Assembly (NCBI RefSeq): GCF_963921235.1
Contig: NC_086103.1
Coordinates: 19,220,001 to 19,284,000 of the forward strand
Direction: 5' to 3'
DNA: 64,000 nucleotides
From: Mobula hypostoma
Lineage: Eukaryota
The notes beneath the pieces were generated by a model. The model was not told where the DNA came from. It did no database searches and worked only from the letters and a program-made list of their open reading frames with translations. The position numbers were made by a program, and so were the translations under genes. Shown here piece by piece: positions 46,909 through 61,437 of the stretch; the first letter of the stretch is position 1, and the number at the start of each line of letters is the position of its first letter.

Positions 46909-47804
46909 CATCAGTATTTGTAATATCTATCCTGGGAAGAAAGCTACAGCTGTCTGTGATTCTCAGAAATTTTATACATTTCTATCAATTCACCCTAGAA
47001 CCTTAGGGGTTTTGCATCCCTCCCTCCTCCCCTTTCCCTCCCACACCTCATCTTCCCAGGACCTCTGACGTGTCTATACTCCCCTCAGACACCTTCGGTG
47101 GTTTCAGGAGCCAAACTGTCTAAAAACCCACATACCTTTGTGCTCAAAATGCTGGAAGGGTCTAATCTGCACTGTATCTTAATAAATAAAAATATTTATG
47201 ACCCTGTATCTGGAGTATTGTGAGACTGGGTAGGATAGACATATATCCACTAGAGTTTGGAAGATAGGGTGGTGATGAATTGATTACATAGGACATGCAG
47301 AACTACACAGTTGAAGAACCCTGGTAATGTATTTGAAGTCAATATGATATGTTTTCTCAGAACACATGGGATTTGAATTAACGGAATTTTCTGGCCTCTT
47401 CTCCTTGGAGCGATGGAGGATGAGAGGTGACCTGACAGAGGTGTATAAGATGATGAGAGGCATTGATCGTGTGGATAGTCAGAGGCTTTTCACTGGATTT
47501 TTTCCTCTCTCAAACAATTCTCTGTAAAATCTAGAGGTTGTTGTGTGTGAATATCACAGATCAGCTGTTTTTGAGATACAAAAACTACTCTGTCTGGCAC
47601 CAACAATTATTCCATGATCAAAGTCACTTAGTTTACATTTCTTCCCCGTTCAGGTGTTTGATCCTATCAACAAATGAACACTTGGCCTTATCAATGCTTA
47701 TACACATAGAATTCCTGCTGTAGGATTGGCAAATTAGATATTTGCATTCAGGAGCAGGTGTATTTAATAAAAGGACACGGAGTGTATTTGCTCATTGTCT
47801 GGAC

Positions 47805-47885
47805 CAGGAGCTCCCAACATGGGGTCTATGGACCCCTCCATTAATGGTAGGGGTCAATGTCATAAAAAAAAGTTGGGAGCCCCTG
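47805..47885. mobile_element. 81-bp hAT (Charlie-like) MITE
   Basis: TIRs CAGGAGCTCCCAAC/GTTGGGAGCCCCTG with 8-bp flanks GTCTGGAC/TTCTAGAC. Confidence 0.7.
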
Positions 47886-48266
47886 TTCTAGACTGACACT
47901 GAAATAACTACTATTTCAGAGGAAAACTAAACAAGGTAAGGAAGATATTGCCTTTGTATAATAATACATATTTCATGGGCTGATATAAAATTTACTAGAC
48001 AAGAGGGCATTGAGCCGTTGTATTTGTGCTTGTTGGAAAAAAGTTACTGACTTCACTCATATTCCATCACTTGATCACAGCCTAAAGGTGCACAGATCTA
48101 TTTTCAAAGGAATTATTTTGCAGAATGTGGTGTCGTTGCAAGGGCAACATTCATTGTTGCTCGCTTATTGTCCATGACAAAGTGGTGGGTACTCACACCG
48201 ACTTTCTGGTGAAGTCCCCCCATGGTGCTGTTGGGTGGGGAGGTCCAGGATTTGGATCTTGTAATT

Positions 48267-48514
48267 CAAGGGTCCCCAACCTTTTTTGTACCGTGGACCG
48301 GTTTAATATTGACAATATCCTTGCGGACCGGCCGATGGCGGGGGCGTGGGGGTGGGCAATGTGTTGAAGTTCAACAGTGCGTGACAGGGAATGAGGAAAG
48401 GTGCAGCTGACTCATATTGTGTCATATCGCCAAATCATATTGTTTCCTCATGGCCCGATAGCACATGCTTTGCGACCTGCTACCAGTCCGCGGCCCGGTG
48501 GCTGGGGACCACTA
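48267..48514. mobile_element. hAT-type MITE, 248 bp (partial paralogue at 1-153)
   Basis: TIRs CAAGGGTCCCCAACC/GGCTGGGGACCACTA and an 8-bp TSD TTGTAATT/TTGTACTT. The right TSD in copy A (154-161) is a perfect TTGTAATT. Confidence 0.85.
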
Positions 48515-49619
48515 TTGTACTTAATAAGCATTGAAAGATACATTTCAAAATCATGCAACTTTGAGGGGAAACATGCTGGTGGATCTGCTCCCATGCACCC
48601 TTGTCATTCTTCTGGTACAGATGTTGGTGGAGTAATCTGGCTGAATAAATGAAAGGGAAAAAGAAGCTTATCATCTAAATGGTGAGAGATAGTAGAGCTT
48701 TGAGATCCAGAGGAATCTGGGGATCCTGGGACATGAAATACTGCCAGAGTATATAAATGGGGAAGTTAACATGTTCCATTTACTGCAAAGAGAGTTGTAC
48801 ACAAAAGTAGCATCTCATACTCTACTGATATTTACATACTTCAATGATATTGAGTAGTGGCATGGAAGCATAGTGGTTAGCACAATGCTTTACAGCACTG
48901 GCGACCCAAGTTGCATTCCCACTGCTGCCTCTAAGGAGCTTGTACCCTCCCCCTGTGATCACGTGGGTTCCCTCCCACAGTCCAAAGACCTATCGGTTGG
49001 TAGGCTAATTGGTCATTGTAAATTATCCCGTGATTAGTATAGGATGAAGTCAGGGGATTGCTAGCCAGCATAGCTTAAACGGCCGGAAGGATTGAATCTG
49101 TGCTGTACCTCAGTAAATAAATAAATAGAAGTATTTATGACACCATATCTGGAGTATTTTGAGGAATATTGATCTCATTTAATTTTACTGGGCTGATATC
49201 TGGATACCTAGTTTGCATCAATGAGGAAAGACTGGGTAGGTTGGACATGTATTCACCAGAGTTTAGAAGATAGGTTGTGTCATACATAAACAAGCCTGGT
49301 TTAAATACAAATACAGTTGATGTGCCTAACACTTTGGAATAGTACTGCAGTAATTTTATGTATTATACTATACTGCTGCTGGAAAAAAAATACATATTTC
49401 ATGACAAATGTGAGTAAAGATTAATCAGATTCTGATACAGTTTTCTATTGTGGACTGAGAGTGGGAAGGGGCAGGGAGAGGGAAATGATGGTTGGGAAAA
49501 GGGACAGGGAGAGGGGAGGGAGCGTGAAGCAACAGAGAAACATTCCATAATGATCACGGAAACAACTGTTTGGAAGCAAATGTCCTTGCCTGGTGTCTCA
49601 TGGCTTGTTGTGTCTGCAC

Positions 49620-49960
49620 CTGCACATTCCGCAAATTCGCACCCATGCATTCTACCACCTCAGCACCCGTGCATTCCCCCCCCATTCGCACTTGCGCATC
49701 CCCCCCCTCAGGACCCTTCTATCACATGCCCTCACCCTCAGCACACATCTGTCACATATACCACCCCTCAGCACCCCTGTCACATGTCCCACACCTCAGC
49801 ATCCCTCTGTCACATGTCCCCCCGCTCAGCACCCCTGTCACATATCCCACCCCACTGCACCACTCTGTCACATATCCCACCTCTTCACCCCTCTGTCACA
49901 TGCCCCCCTCAGCACCCCTCTGTCACATGTCCCACCCCTCTGTCACATGTCCCACACCTC
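49620..49960. repeat. C-rich VNTR in the intron after D4 (copy B, longer)
   Basis: Same units as copy A, about 130 bp longer. Confidence 0.85.
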
Positions 49961-50235
49961 TGCTGCAGTGCCCATCCCAACTCCATTCCCAAAATCCTTA
50001 GCTTCCCACCAGATTTACAAACTCGCTCTCCTCTCACATTGACAAATACTGTACTGTGCAAAGGTCTGGGGCATCCATGCTGTAGGTGTCTGAGACTATC
50101 GTACAGTACTGTAATTCTAAGCTTTACCTCCGTGAGATTCTCCCACACAGTGTGGAAGAAAAAAGTCACTGCTCGCAAACAGAACCAAGCCTCATTATGA
50201 AACTTGGTACATTGGGAAAAACTCGAGACGCTTAC

Positions 50236-50496
50236 CTCTGACTTCCAGATTATATGGTACTGAAAGCTGGAGAGTGTTCTGATCAACAACACCACACGTC
50301 CATTTCCCTCTGCCTCTCTCAGCTTTCTGTACGATCAGACTCAGTGATTTCTCTTCCCCAGTCAGTGTTTTGTCTCCAACAGTTTCACCGTCTCCGTTGA
50401 TCCAAACCAGTCTGGTTGATGCAGTGACGTCAGACACAGAGCAGCTCAGGGTAACGGTGTCTCCCTCAGTCACTGTATCAGACGGTTCAGCCGTGA
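50236..50496 (-). CDS. IgSF receptor copy B, D4 exon
   Basis: 261 nt, phase 1-1, GKWTC retained, with two amino-acid differences from copy A. Confidence 0.93.
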
Positions 50497-50609
50497 CTGT
50501 GGAAACAAGAAAAACGTTATTAGTCTCCTTAAAAACAGGAGTGACATACTGCACAAAAGCAAAATGCTGTGATTTTGGGAAATCTGTTGTCACACATTCT
50601 GTCTCCTAC

Positions 50610-50948
50610 CTTTAACTGTGATTAGTGTGATAGTGCTAAATACACTTGTTTCCAGAGTACAGGTGTAATCTCCTGCATCTTCAAACACCACAGGAAAAAC
50701 CCTCATACTGAAATTCCAGCCGTTAAAAGGTGTCTCTGTGAGCATCAGTCGATTCACAAAGTGGTTCTCACTGACATTCACGGGCTGAGATTTCAATGCT
50801 GTTGCAATTGTTTTCCACGGACTTTGATGAACATGTGACAGCCAAGTCCAGGCAGCACTGTTGTAAACAGAATGACTGTAACAGATGAGTTGGAATTCAC
50901 TGTGATCCGTAACTGAGCGATAAAGTGTGTAACGTTTATCATATCGAT
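50610..50948 (-). CDS. IgSF receptor copy B, D3 exon
   Basis: 339 nt, phase 1-1, with one difference from copy A (N to H). Confidence 0.93.
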
Positions 50949-53753
50949 CTGCATGAACGAGAGGAGAACTCATTAAAATGTTACAATGCCATTCGGGAGG
51001 CAGTGATGAGAAGCCGCCATAAAACCATAAAGCATAGGAGCAACATTAGGCCATTCAGCCCATCGAGTCTCCTCTGCCATTACACCATGGCAGATTTATT
51101 ATCCCTCTCAACTCTTCTTCTGACTTCTTCTGTTCATCTTCGATGCCCTGTCTAATTATGAACCTATCACTTACTACTTTAAATTAATTACACAGATTCC
51201 CTACCCTCTGGCGAAGGATTCACCACCCTCTTCATCTCTAAACAGATAACCTTCTATTCTGAGGCTGTGATCTCTGATTTTAGACTCTCCCACTATTGGA
51301 AACATCCTCTCCGCACCCACTCTGTTCAGCCCTTACAAACTTCGATAGGTTTCAATGAGACCTCCCTCATTCTTCTAAACTCCAGGGAGGAAAGTCCTCG
51401 AACCATCAGATACTCCTCATTCTTAACCCTTTCATTCCCAGAGTCATTCTGATGACACTCCACTAGACCATCTGCAAAGCCAGAACATCCTTTCTGAGAG
51501 AAGGGACCCAGAATTGCTCACCATTCTCCAAGTCCAGTCTCAATAATGTCTTGTAAAGCCTTGACATCCTGGCTTTTATATCCTTATCCTCTCAAAATGA
51601 TTACTAACATTGCATTTACCTTCCTCACCACTTCATCAACCTGAAAGCTAACCTTTAGGGGATCCTGCACAAGGACGATTCAGCCCCTTTTTACTTCTGA
51701 ATTTTGAGTTTTCTCCCTGCTTAGAAAATGGCCTATTCTCCTAATTTGTTTAAGTCACATATTCAGCTTCAGTTTCTGAATGGACCTCAAGTGCTGCAAC
51801 ATCTCATTGGTCCACACTTGAGACCTAATCTCCACTGAAGCCTGAGTCTGTCATTGAAGCTGGAATCACAACAAATACGATAAAGACTTGGCAGGAAGGG
51901 TTAGCGAGAGAGAGAATGGTTTGTTGTTCAGTGTTGCTCTGTGAACCGGGACCCAGTGCTGAGTGTGAGTCGGAAGTGCTGGTGGTTGTCGTGTTGACTC
52001 CTCCTTCACTGTAACACTTTGACATGAGTAACACTTTAATATCCACCACTGAGTACATGAGTAACATTTTAATATCCACCACTGCAGTTGAACATTTACA
52101 GTACCGAATCGTGATTATGATTGGTTTTAGTCTCCGAGTTGGAGAATGTAGCGCTGACATATTGAATGATCGGTATGATTCCAATCAAAACTACTTATGT
52201 AAGAATGCTGTTCTTGGACTGCAGTTCACCATTCTAAACTATAATTCCCTCCAGGCTCAACGAGAAGTTCAGAGACCACAGCCTTCACTCTGCCTTGTGT
52301 AACTGGATCCTGGACTTCCTGTCAGATCGCCAGCAGGTGGTAAGAGTGGCCATGCTCACCTCTGCCACTCTGACCCTCAAAACGGGTGTCCCTCAAGACT
52401 ATGTCCTAACCCCCTCCTTTACTCTCTGTATACCCATGACTGTATGAATGTTAATTAATCTGCTAATTATATTTGCTGATGACACTACACTGATTGGTGT
52501 AATCTCAAATAATAGTGAGGTAGCCGACAGAGAAGAGGTCATCACCCTGACACAGTGGTGTCAAGAAAACAAACTCTCCCTCAATGTCGCAAAAACAAAG
52601 GAGCTGGTGGTGGACTACAGAATGAATGCAGACAGGCAAACACCTATAGACATCAATAGATCTGGGGTTGAGAGGGTGAACAGCTTTAAGTTCCTCGAGA
52701 TAAACATCAGTGGTGATCTCACATGCTCTGTACAAACTGGCTGTGTAGTATAAAACACACAACAACACCTCTTTCACCTCAGACCGTTGAGGAAGTTTGG
52801 TATAGGCCCCCAAATCCAAAGAAATTTCAGCAGAGGCAAAATTGAGAGCGTCCTGACTGGCTGCATAACTGCCTTGTAGGAGAACTGTACTTCTCTGAAT
52901 TGCAGGACTCTGCAGAGCGGTGTGGAAGGCCCAGCGCATCTGCAGATGTGAACTTCCACCTATTCAGGACATTTGCAAAGACAGGTGTGTAAAAGAGCCC
53001 GAAAGACCATTGGGGACCCGAGTCACACCAACCGCAAACTGTTCAGGCAGCTACCATCCGGGAAACTGTACTGCAGCACAAAAGCCAGGACCAACAGCTT
53101 CTTCCAACAGGCCATCAGACTGACTAATTCATGCTGATACAATTGTATTTCTATGTTTTATTGACTGTCCTGTTGTATGTGTTACAAATTACTATAAATT
53201 GCACATTGCACATTTTGATGGAGAGGTAATGTAAAGACTTTAACTCCTTAAGTACACAAAGGATGTAAGAATTAAAGTCAATTCAATTCAACTTGTAATG
53301 ATGTAATTTGAAATTGTTCCCACCGCAGATTTGCTCGTCCTGATCTATGTATTATTTTCTTTAATGCCCTATAAACCCCAGATCTCAGTCTCAGGGTTAA
53401 ATGGTGGGGAAACAGAACCTTCATTTCAACTCTTCTCTGCCGAACAAAGTGTGACACTAATTGGACGAGCTTAGATCAGCATGGACCAGTTGTGCTGAAA
53501 AGCCTGTTTCCATGCTGTACGACTCCATAGTTTACGGACTGCCAATGTCTCCTCCTTCATAATGTTGATATGCGTCACGTTATCACTTTTCTCTGGCCTG
53601 AATTCACTAATTTCCATTTCTTCTGCATTGTAAATATTAATGAGGAATATCCATTTAGACCTGGCCATGAACTCTTCCTGTACTATTTTTAACAACCTCC
53701 TACCAGACAGATATATTCCAGCCCAATACGTACAGTGAGGTAACAACACTTAC

Positions 53754-54023
53754 CCGTGTCTACAGTAAAGTTTGCTTGCCCTGTTCCAACAATGTTTCCG
53801 TTTTCCTGTACTTCACACTGATACAACTTCTCATCCTCCACTGTAACATGTCTGACCATCAGATAGAGGGTGTTATTCAGGCGGATCTGATCAGTGTTTC
53901 TCCTGTTCTGCTGGGATGAGCCCACTGGTTTCCAGTGGAGACTGACGGTATCTGGGAGTCTGGAGATGGTACAGCTGAGGGTGACGTCACTGCCCTCCAC
54001 AGGTGATCGTGGATTTGCTACAA
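53754..54023 (-). CDS. IgSF receptor copy B, D2 exon
   Basis: 270 nt, phase 1-1, open, with 8 amino-acid differences from copy A. Confidence 0.92.
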
Positions 54024-54654
54024 CTGTGAGAAATAAGACCATAAGTCAAAATGACACAGGAGCAGAATTAGTCCATTCTGACACTTGCGTCTGCTCTGCC
54101 ATTCCAACATAGCTGATTTATTTTCTTTCTCAACCCCTTTCATACACCTTCTCCCTGTAACCTTTCACAACTTTATTAATCAAGAACATTTATTTAAACT
54201 TCTGCTTTAAATGGATCCAGTGACTTGGACTCCACAGCCACCTGTGGCGATGAATTCCATACGTTCTTCACCCTCTGGCTAAAGAAATTCCTCCTCATCT
54301 CTGTTCTATGGGACATTCTTGTAGTCTGAGTCTGTGCCCACTGGTCCTATACTCCCCCACTATCGGAAACATCATCTGCACATCTGATCTATCTCAGCCT
54401 TTCAATATTTGGTCCAAATATTGGATGGGTGGAGTGAGTAGTAACATGTCCAATGATTGGGTTCAAACTGACCTCAGGAGCTGACCGTGATCAGCACATG
54501 TGTCTTGCTACAGGACAGAGATTGTTGGGTCTCCGACACAGAATAACACAATGGGCACACAAACTCTCAGTCTGGTTACACCAAATTCAGTGAGACAGAG
54601 CAGAGGGAATTAACTCTTTACCACATCCCCCCCGAACCTGATGGAATGTCAGGG

Positions 54655-55382
54655 TTCAGCTGGCCAGGTGAGGCAACACTTCACTTGTGAGTCTGTTGGG
54701 GTTATCTATTGCATCCGGTGCTCCCGGTGCGGCCTCCTCTACATCGGTGAAACCCGACACAGATTGGGGGACCACTTTGTCGAGCACCTTCACTCCGTCC
54801 GCCACAACAGACAGGACCTCCCGATTGCCACCCACTTCAACTCTGCTTCACATTCCCATTTGGATATGTCCATCCATGGCCTCTTCTACTGCCATGACGA
54901 GGCCAAACTCAGGTTGGACTTCATATACCGTCTAGGTAGTCTCCAGCCCCTTGGTATGAATGTTGAATTCTCCCACTTCCAGAAATTCCCTCCCCCTCCC
55001 TTCCCCTATTCCTATTTCACTCTGCCCCTCCCCCAGCTGCCTACTACCTTCCTCATGGTTCCGCCTCCATCTACTACCCATTGTGTTTTCCCCTATTCCT
55101 TCTTCACCTTTCCTGCCTATCACCTCCCTGCCTCCCCTCCCACACCCCTTTATCTTCCCCCTTACCGGTTTTTCACCCGGAACCTACCAGCCTTCTCCTT
55201 CCCACCCTCCCCCACCTTCTTTATAGGGCCTCTGCCCCTTCCATCTTCAGTACTGCCGAAGGGTTCCGGCCCAAAACGTTGACTGATCGTTTCCATGGAT
55301 GCTGCCCGACCTGCTGAGTTTCTCCAGCGTGTTGTGAGTGTTGCTTTGACCCCAGCATCTGCAGAGTATTTTGTGTTTACCC
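54655..55382 (+). mobile_element. Penelope-like 3' fragment, copy B
   Basis: Paralogue of 6205-6932. Confidence 0.88.
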
Positions 55383-55527
55383 AAATGAACACAACTTTCT
55401 CCCTGTGAGTGTAAATGAGCAGAGAATACAAACCTCACATGATCCCTATAAAACATTCAGTACTGGAAAGTAAATTATTGATGAAGAGAAACATTTTTTA
55501 CACTTTTCAAATCTTTGTCCCATTTAC

Positions 55528-55869
55528 CTTTGATCCCAAAAATTTCATATTGCTTCAAGATTTCATAACTGGGCTCTCTTTGCACCAAGATGATAGATCC
55601 TGCAAATTTAGATGTGGGCTGAGTAATTATCAGATCAATGGTACCAGCCGTACTGTCCATAGCATGAAAGATGCCATCGTGTTTGAAGTGTATTTCCCAA
55701 CGTGGGTTCCACCCTCTGGATCCTTCTTTATAAAATGTCACAAGTTGTTGTGTGCCTTGCTTGTAGCTTGGTTTCCAATCCCAGCCAACAGGGCCATTTC
55801 CAGGAATGTCCAGTCCAGTGAAGACAATTTTATCTATCTTATCAAAAATATAAAAATGTTTTGGATTTT
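55528..55869 (-). CDS. IgSF receptor copy B, D1 exon (Cys-less V-like domain)
   Basis: I found no nucleotide difference from 7078-7419, and the splice sites are the same. Confidence 0.82.
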
Positions 55870-56339
55870 CTGTTAAAAAAGAGAAACAATGAAAATGTTA
55901 CAGCATGAAATCACAAATGTTTCATTCTATTTCACTGCGTATCAATGTTCCATTGGTGCAGTATTACTATTTTATCAGTTGATCACAACAAAACCACTGA
56001 CACAATTAAAATGGTAAGATGGTTCATTACTGTCATATGTACCAAGGTACAGGAGGGAAATCTGTACTGTGGGAGGGGTGGTGAGGGAGATACACACTGT
56101 GGGAGGGGTGGTGAGGGAGATGCACACTGTGGGAGGGGTAGTGAGGGAGATACACATGGTGGGAAGGGTGGTGAGGGAGATACACACTGTGGGAGGGGTG
56201 GTGACTACAGTCATGTATCATTGAAACAAAACAATTGACATTGAAAAGGGATGATAGACAAAATTTACTCTGATTTCTCATCTACAGGGGTCAGTATTAC
56301 CGTGGAGAGCAGGGTAAGAGAAATTGGCAGTGGATGTGC

Positions 56340-59140
56340 TGGTGACACTAGCTGTGTGATCTTGCTGCTGAAGTGAGTGTGCTGCTGGCATCGTCGATAA
56401 GGCAGAGAGCAAAGGATCCTCAATGGAGGCTGCCGGTGGCAACAGGGACACGACACCTGACACGATGCTTCAGTGGACAATATGGGATTGTGCCTTGGCT
56501 AGATTTGCCAGACATCTGCTAGGTGCAGATTTCCTGTGCACCCAAGGGCCTGTATTGTGCTGCAGGCTTTCTATGTTTCCATGTTTCTATGCACCAGCCC
56601 ATGTGAATTCACTCACTTGCTGGGTGAGTTCACAAACCTCAACAAACCCACATTTTCCACTATAGTCACAAAGCATGGGGATTGGGCACCACATCTGCAC
56701 AACTGGCTCACTTGTCCATGCCCGTCCGTGTAGACAAGAGTCAGAGAAGCTGGCCAGAACAAAAGCTGAGATTGTAAACACGGAAATGCTTGACATTGTA
56801 CATGGGTCAAATCACCCTCGGGCTTCACCTCCCCATATGGTCACGAAGCCCGATGGTGGTTGCCGTCCATGTAGTGATTACCACCAACATAATGAGACCA
56901 CCACACCCAATTATTGCCCAGACCCACATATTCAAGGTTTTTCAGCATGTTTAGTCATTAAGATGAAATTTTCTAATGTGGACTTACTCAGGAGCTACCA
57001 TTCATTGCCGACATGCGGTGAGAACATTCCCAAAACTGCATGTTTATGAACCCGTCTGGCCTATTCGAGTTTCTGTGCGTGCCACTGGGGCTGAAAATGA
57101 CATGCCAAATCAACTCTATGTTAAACGATTCAGATGTTCCTTTTGTTTACCTCGATGACATTCTTGTCGCCAGTGCATCCAAAACCGAACACTGTTCAAG
57201 TGCTTAAGCCAACATTCCACGCTTATTGATCCCGCCAAATGCCTGTTCTGGTTGTCTACTATCAAATTTCTTGGCCACCTTCTGTCCCCAGCTATCAAGG
57301 GCATCACTATTATGGACTTCCACTGCTTCGCACTACTGAAGCACAGAAAGAGTTCAAAGTATGTTGAATTTCGATCACCATTTAATTCCACGAAGTGCTG
57401 AATTTCTGCTCCCCTTGAAAAGTGCCCTTAAAAGCAGAGCCCCAATCACATTCTTGAGTGGTCAGCGGACATGATCAGAGCATTTGATGATACTAAACAA
57501 GCTCTTTCGAGCATGATTCAACAGGCGCACCAGTTCGCCAATAACCTACAGCCATCGCTGCTGACTCTTTAGTCTCTGCTGTGTGTGCCCTGCGTGAACA
57601 GTTGGTTAGAGGAGTGTGGTAGCCATTTGTGTTCTTCAGCTGGATCCTCTATTCCTCTGAGGGATGTTTGACCATGAGCTCCGTGGTCTACATCTGGTCA
57701 TCTGTCAATTTTGTTTTCTACTGGAGAGTCGGCAGTTTACAGTGTTCAATGACCACAAACCTTTTGTGTATGTGATGGCCAAAGGATCAGGCACTTGGTC
57801 TGCATGGCAGCAATGCCACCTGGCCTGTATTTTGGAATTCATGATTGACATACAGCACATTGAAGGGGAAAATAATGCTGTGGCTGATTGCCTCTCATGG
57901 CCCGCCATTGATGCCATACACATCAGGGTTGACTAAGCTGGCATGGCATCCGACCAAGCTACCGAATAGAGGCTTACAGGATAGAGGTCACGTGCTGAAG
58001 AGACGCTGGAGTTTCTCTCCTATCTGATGTCTCAACTGGTTGCCCTCACCCCATAGTGCCTGCAAACTGGAGGCAGACAGTTTATAATTCCATTCACAGC
58101 CTCTCGCAACTTGGCGGGAAGGCTTCACTGAAACTGGTTGCTCTAAAGTTTGTGTGGCATGGCCTTAGAAAAGTTGTGCGAGCCTGGAGTGCGAGATTAA
58201 TTGTCATATGCGGGCACCGGCAAAGCTTTCGAGCTCCCAGAGAGATGGTTTGAAATCATTAATGTAGACCTGGTTAGTCCTCACACCGCCCACCACTGTG
58301 GGTTCACACACCTCCTTACCATGGTGGACCACACCACCAGGTGGCTACAGGTTGTCTCTGGAGCATCAATGACGGCGGTGGACATGGTTTGGGCATTCAA
58401 CAATAACTGGGTCACTCGTTTCGGGGCCCGACCTGATATTTCTTCTGACCGCAGTCCCCAAATCACACCCAACTTCTGAGCTGCAGCTCGGTGTTAAACT
58501 AGATCACACCATACCATATCACCCGCAACCCAATGGCCTGTGTGAGCAGTTTCACTATTCCTTAAAGACAGCTCTCAGGGCCCTTCTGATGGTCAAGTAT
58601 TGGCACGATCATCTCCTCTGGGTCCTCCTGAGTTTCGGGATGGCTCTAAAACACGATTTGCTGACCTCCACAGTGAGTTTGTTCATCAGCAGTGGCATTA
58701 TCTGCGGGTGATTTTATTCCTGATGTCATGACTACTTGGTTGGCTTCTCAGCAACGATCTGCCTTCCTCAGAGAAATCAGTTCCTTTAATCCTTTTCCTA
58801 TCTCACACCATGCCAGACAGCTTTACTGGGTTCCAGTTGACCTATGTTCCACCTCATTCCTTTTTGTCTGCAATGATGCACATCAATCCCTCCTTAAGCC
58901 CTCTTACAATCGTCTATTCTGCATTGGAAAAAGGAGCAAAAAGACTTTTATTGTAGTTCGGAAAGTTAAATCTGAATGTAGTTTTGAAGATTGTCTTAAA
59001 TTAGCCCACAGGACCTGGATGGTTCCACTATCATACCCTCTGCATCACGACATGACCATGTGGGTGTCTGCACACCCCAGGACGGATCAGAGACACATTG
59101 CTATTCCAACCAAGGCACATAAGACCCAAGCCAGGTGAAT
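56340..59140 (+). mobile_element. Decayed Ty3/gypsy pol in intron 1 of copy B
   Basis: Paralogue of 7890-10690. Confidence 0.88.
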
Positions 59141-61437
59141 CTCACATGTTTTATTCACAAAATCCACACACGCTAGAGAGTCTTACATCAGTTGTATGGA
59201 AATTGTTTGAAAATCTTGTTATGGAGGGGGAGTTCTCACATCTGGACAACCAACTTTAGGAATAATCAGCATGCCTTGCGTGGGGGCATCTTGTCTTACA
59301 AACTTGATGCTGTATACACAGACATGGTAAAGCTTTCAACATGATCCCTAGTGATCAACTGATACTGAACATAAAACCACATTTGATCTGTGGAGAGTTG
59401 GTAGGTGGGATTCGAAATCAGTTTGGCCATAGTTGACAGAGGGAAGTGGTAGATTGGTGTCAGTCTGACTGGAAGCCTGTTGCCAGTCATGTACCACAAT
59501 GATCATTGATATATGTCAATAATTTGGAGAAAAATGGAATTTGGTATGTCAGTGGATTGTGGATAATGAATAAGGTTGTCATAGAATTCAGCAGCTTACA
59601 GACCAGTTATAAATTGGGACGGTGTAATGCCTGATGGAATTTAATGCACACAAATGTGATGTGTTGATCTTGAGGACATCAATTGCAAGAGGTATATATA
59701 TAGTAAATGCCATGTCCCACAGGGCTGCTGATGTACACAAGCACCTTGTGGTACGAGTCCACTGGTCTCTGATAGATTGGTGAAGAGCCTCGCAGTATAC
59801 TTGCCTTCAATGGTCAGGGTGCTGAGTATAAAAGTCAGCAGGTTGTGTTGCAGCTGTGTAAACCATTGGTTCATTGGTTACGCCACATCGGAGTGTTGTG
59901 TGCTGTTCCAGTCGCAGTGAAACAGAAAGTGTGGACAGTGTAGAGGCTTTGGAGAGCTGGGAAAGAGTCTCACCTGGATGTAGCTTGAATTAAACAGTAT
60001 TAGCTATACAGAGAAATTAGACAAATGTATTGCTTTTTTTCCAATGCCAAGGAGAGATTTTGGAGAAATTTTTAGTTATAAGAGGCATAACTGAAATACT
60101 GATTTTCTCAGTGTGTAAATGTGAAACACGAGATGGCATAGCTTTAATGTGAGAGAGGGAATGTTTAAATGAAACTTATGAGACAAGTTTTTATAAGGAG
60201 AGATTAGAGGGGGCCTGGAATTTGCTGCCAGGGAAGTTAGTAGAAGCAGATACAGGAGCAACATTGAAGAGGTGTTTAAACAAGCTCGAGACAAGACAGA
60301 GGAGGAGAACAATATAGACAATGTGCAGACAGTCATACAGTTTAAATTGGCATCATGTTTGACATCGACACAGTGGGAAGAATAGCCCATTGCTGTGCTG
60401 TCCTGTTCAGTTTCTGAGGACACAAGTATCCCATCTAAAATATATTTATAATATTAAGCAATGTGATGGCTCCTCCAAACTCCAGGTAAAGTTGCTGAGA
60501 TGCTGTTTGTCTTGTGGAAGCTGAAAGAATTTTTACACAGATTGTAAGGTGTGGAGCTGTGGACATCAAGAGCACATTTGTTTTCTGAATAACCAGTGTA
60601 TGACTTCAAGAAATTCAAAGTTCAAAGTGAAATATATTATCAGAGTACATACATGTAACCACATACAACCCAGAGATTCTTTTTCTGTGCGCCTACATAG
60701 AAAATCTATAGAACAGTAACTGTAAACAGGATCAATGGAGAATAATCTGTGCAAATGCAGTTATAAATAAATTGCAATAAATAATAAGCATGAAATAGAA
60801 AGATAAAAGAGTACTTAAATGTGTGTCGTTATCCCCTTTTGTTCAAGAGCCTTTTTGTTCAATAAGTAATAATAATATTGAAGCAGCAGTATTATTCAGC
60901 CCATCATTCCTGCTATATCATTCAAGATCATGTCTGACCCGACCCTCAGCACCACTTTCTTCTACTGACCCCATGTTCCATAATTCCTTCAACATCCAGA
61001 ATGCTATTGATCGCTGTACTTGCTATGACAGAGTGTACACAGCTCTATACAACTGAAAATCCTGAACAATAACTAGTATACAGAAAAGATCTTTTTTTTT
61101 CATTTTTCTTGGCCTGACTCTATACACCACAGAATTTTGTATGTTTTGGTAAGATCATCTTGAACCCTTTTAACCTCTGAATAATTCAGTTCCAGTCCAC
61201 TTCACCTGTTTTGCTGAACAATATCCACAGCACCTCAATTGTTGGAATATCCTTGGTGCATATCTCCATATTACACCCAATACCATCCACATCATTTTCT
61301 TTTAACTTCTTGTGTACAACCTTACTGAAGGAACAACTAAATGTCCAGACACACTGGATCCACAGTCCCTCCTGGTATGTACAAGCACTGAAAATGCAGA
61401 AAACAACAGTGACTAATGGGTGAGCTAAAGTACTTAC

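Noticed and set aside
48197-48257. Pro-rich stalk exon between D4 and TM
   Set aside because: It is 61 nt, so it is not phase 1-1. The acceptor is poor and overlaps a MITE TSD.
49448-50200. 250-aa and overlapping P/H/S-rich ORFs (also 1223-1739)
   Set aside because: These are by-products of a stop-poor VNTR, and the frames differ between paralogues.
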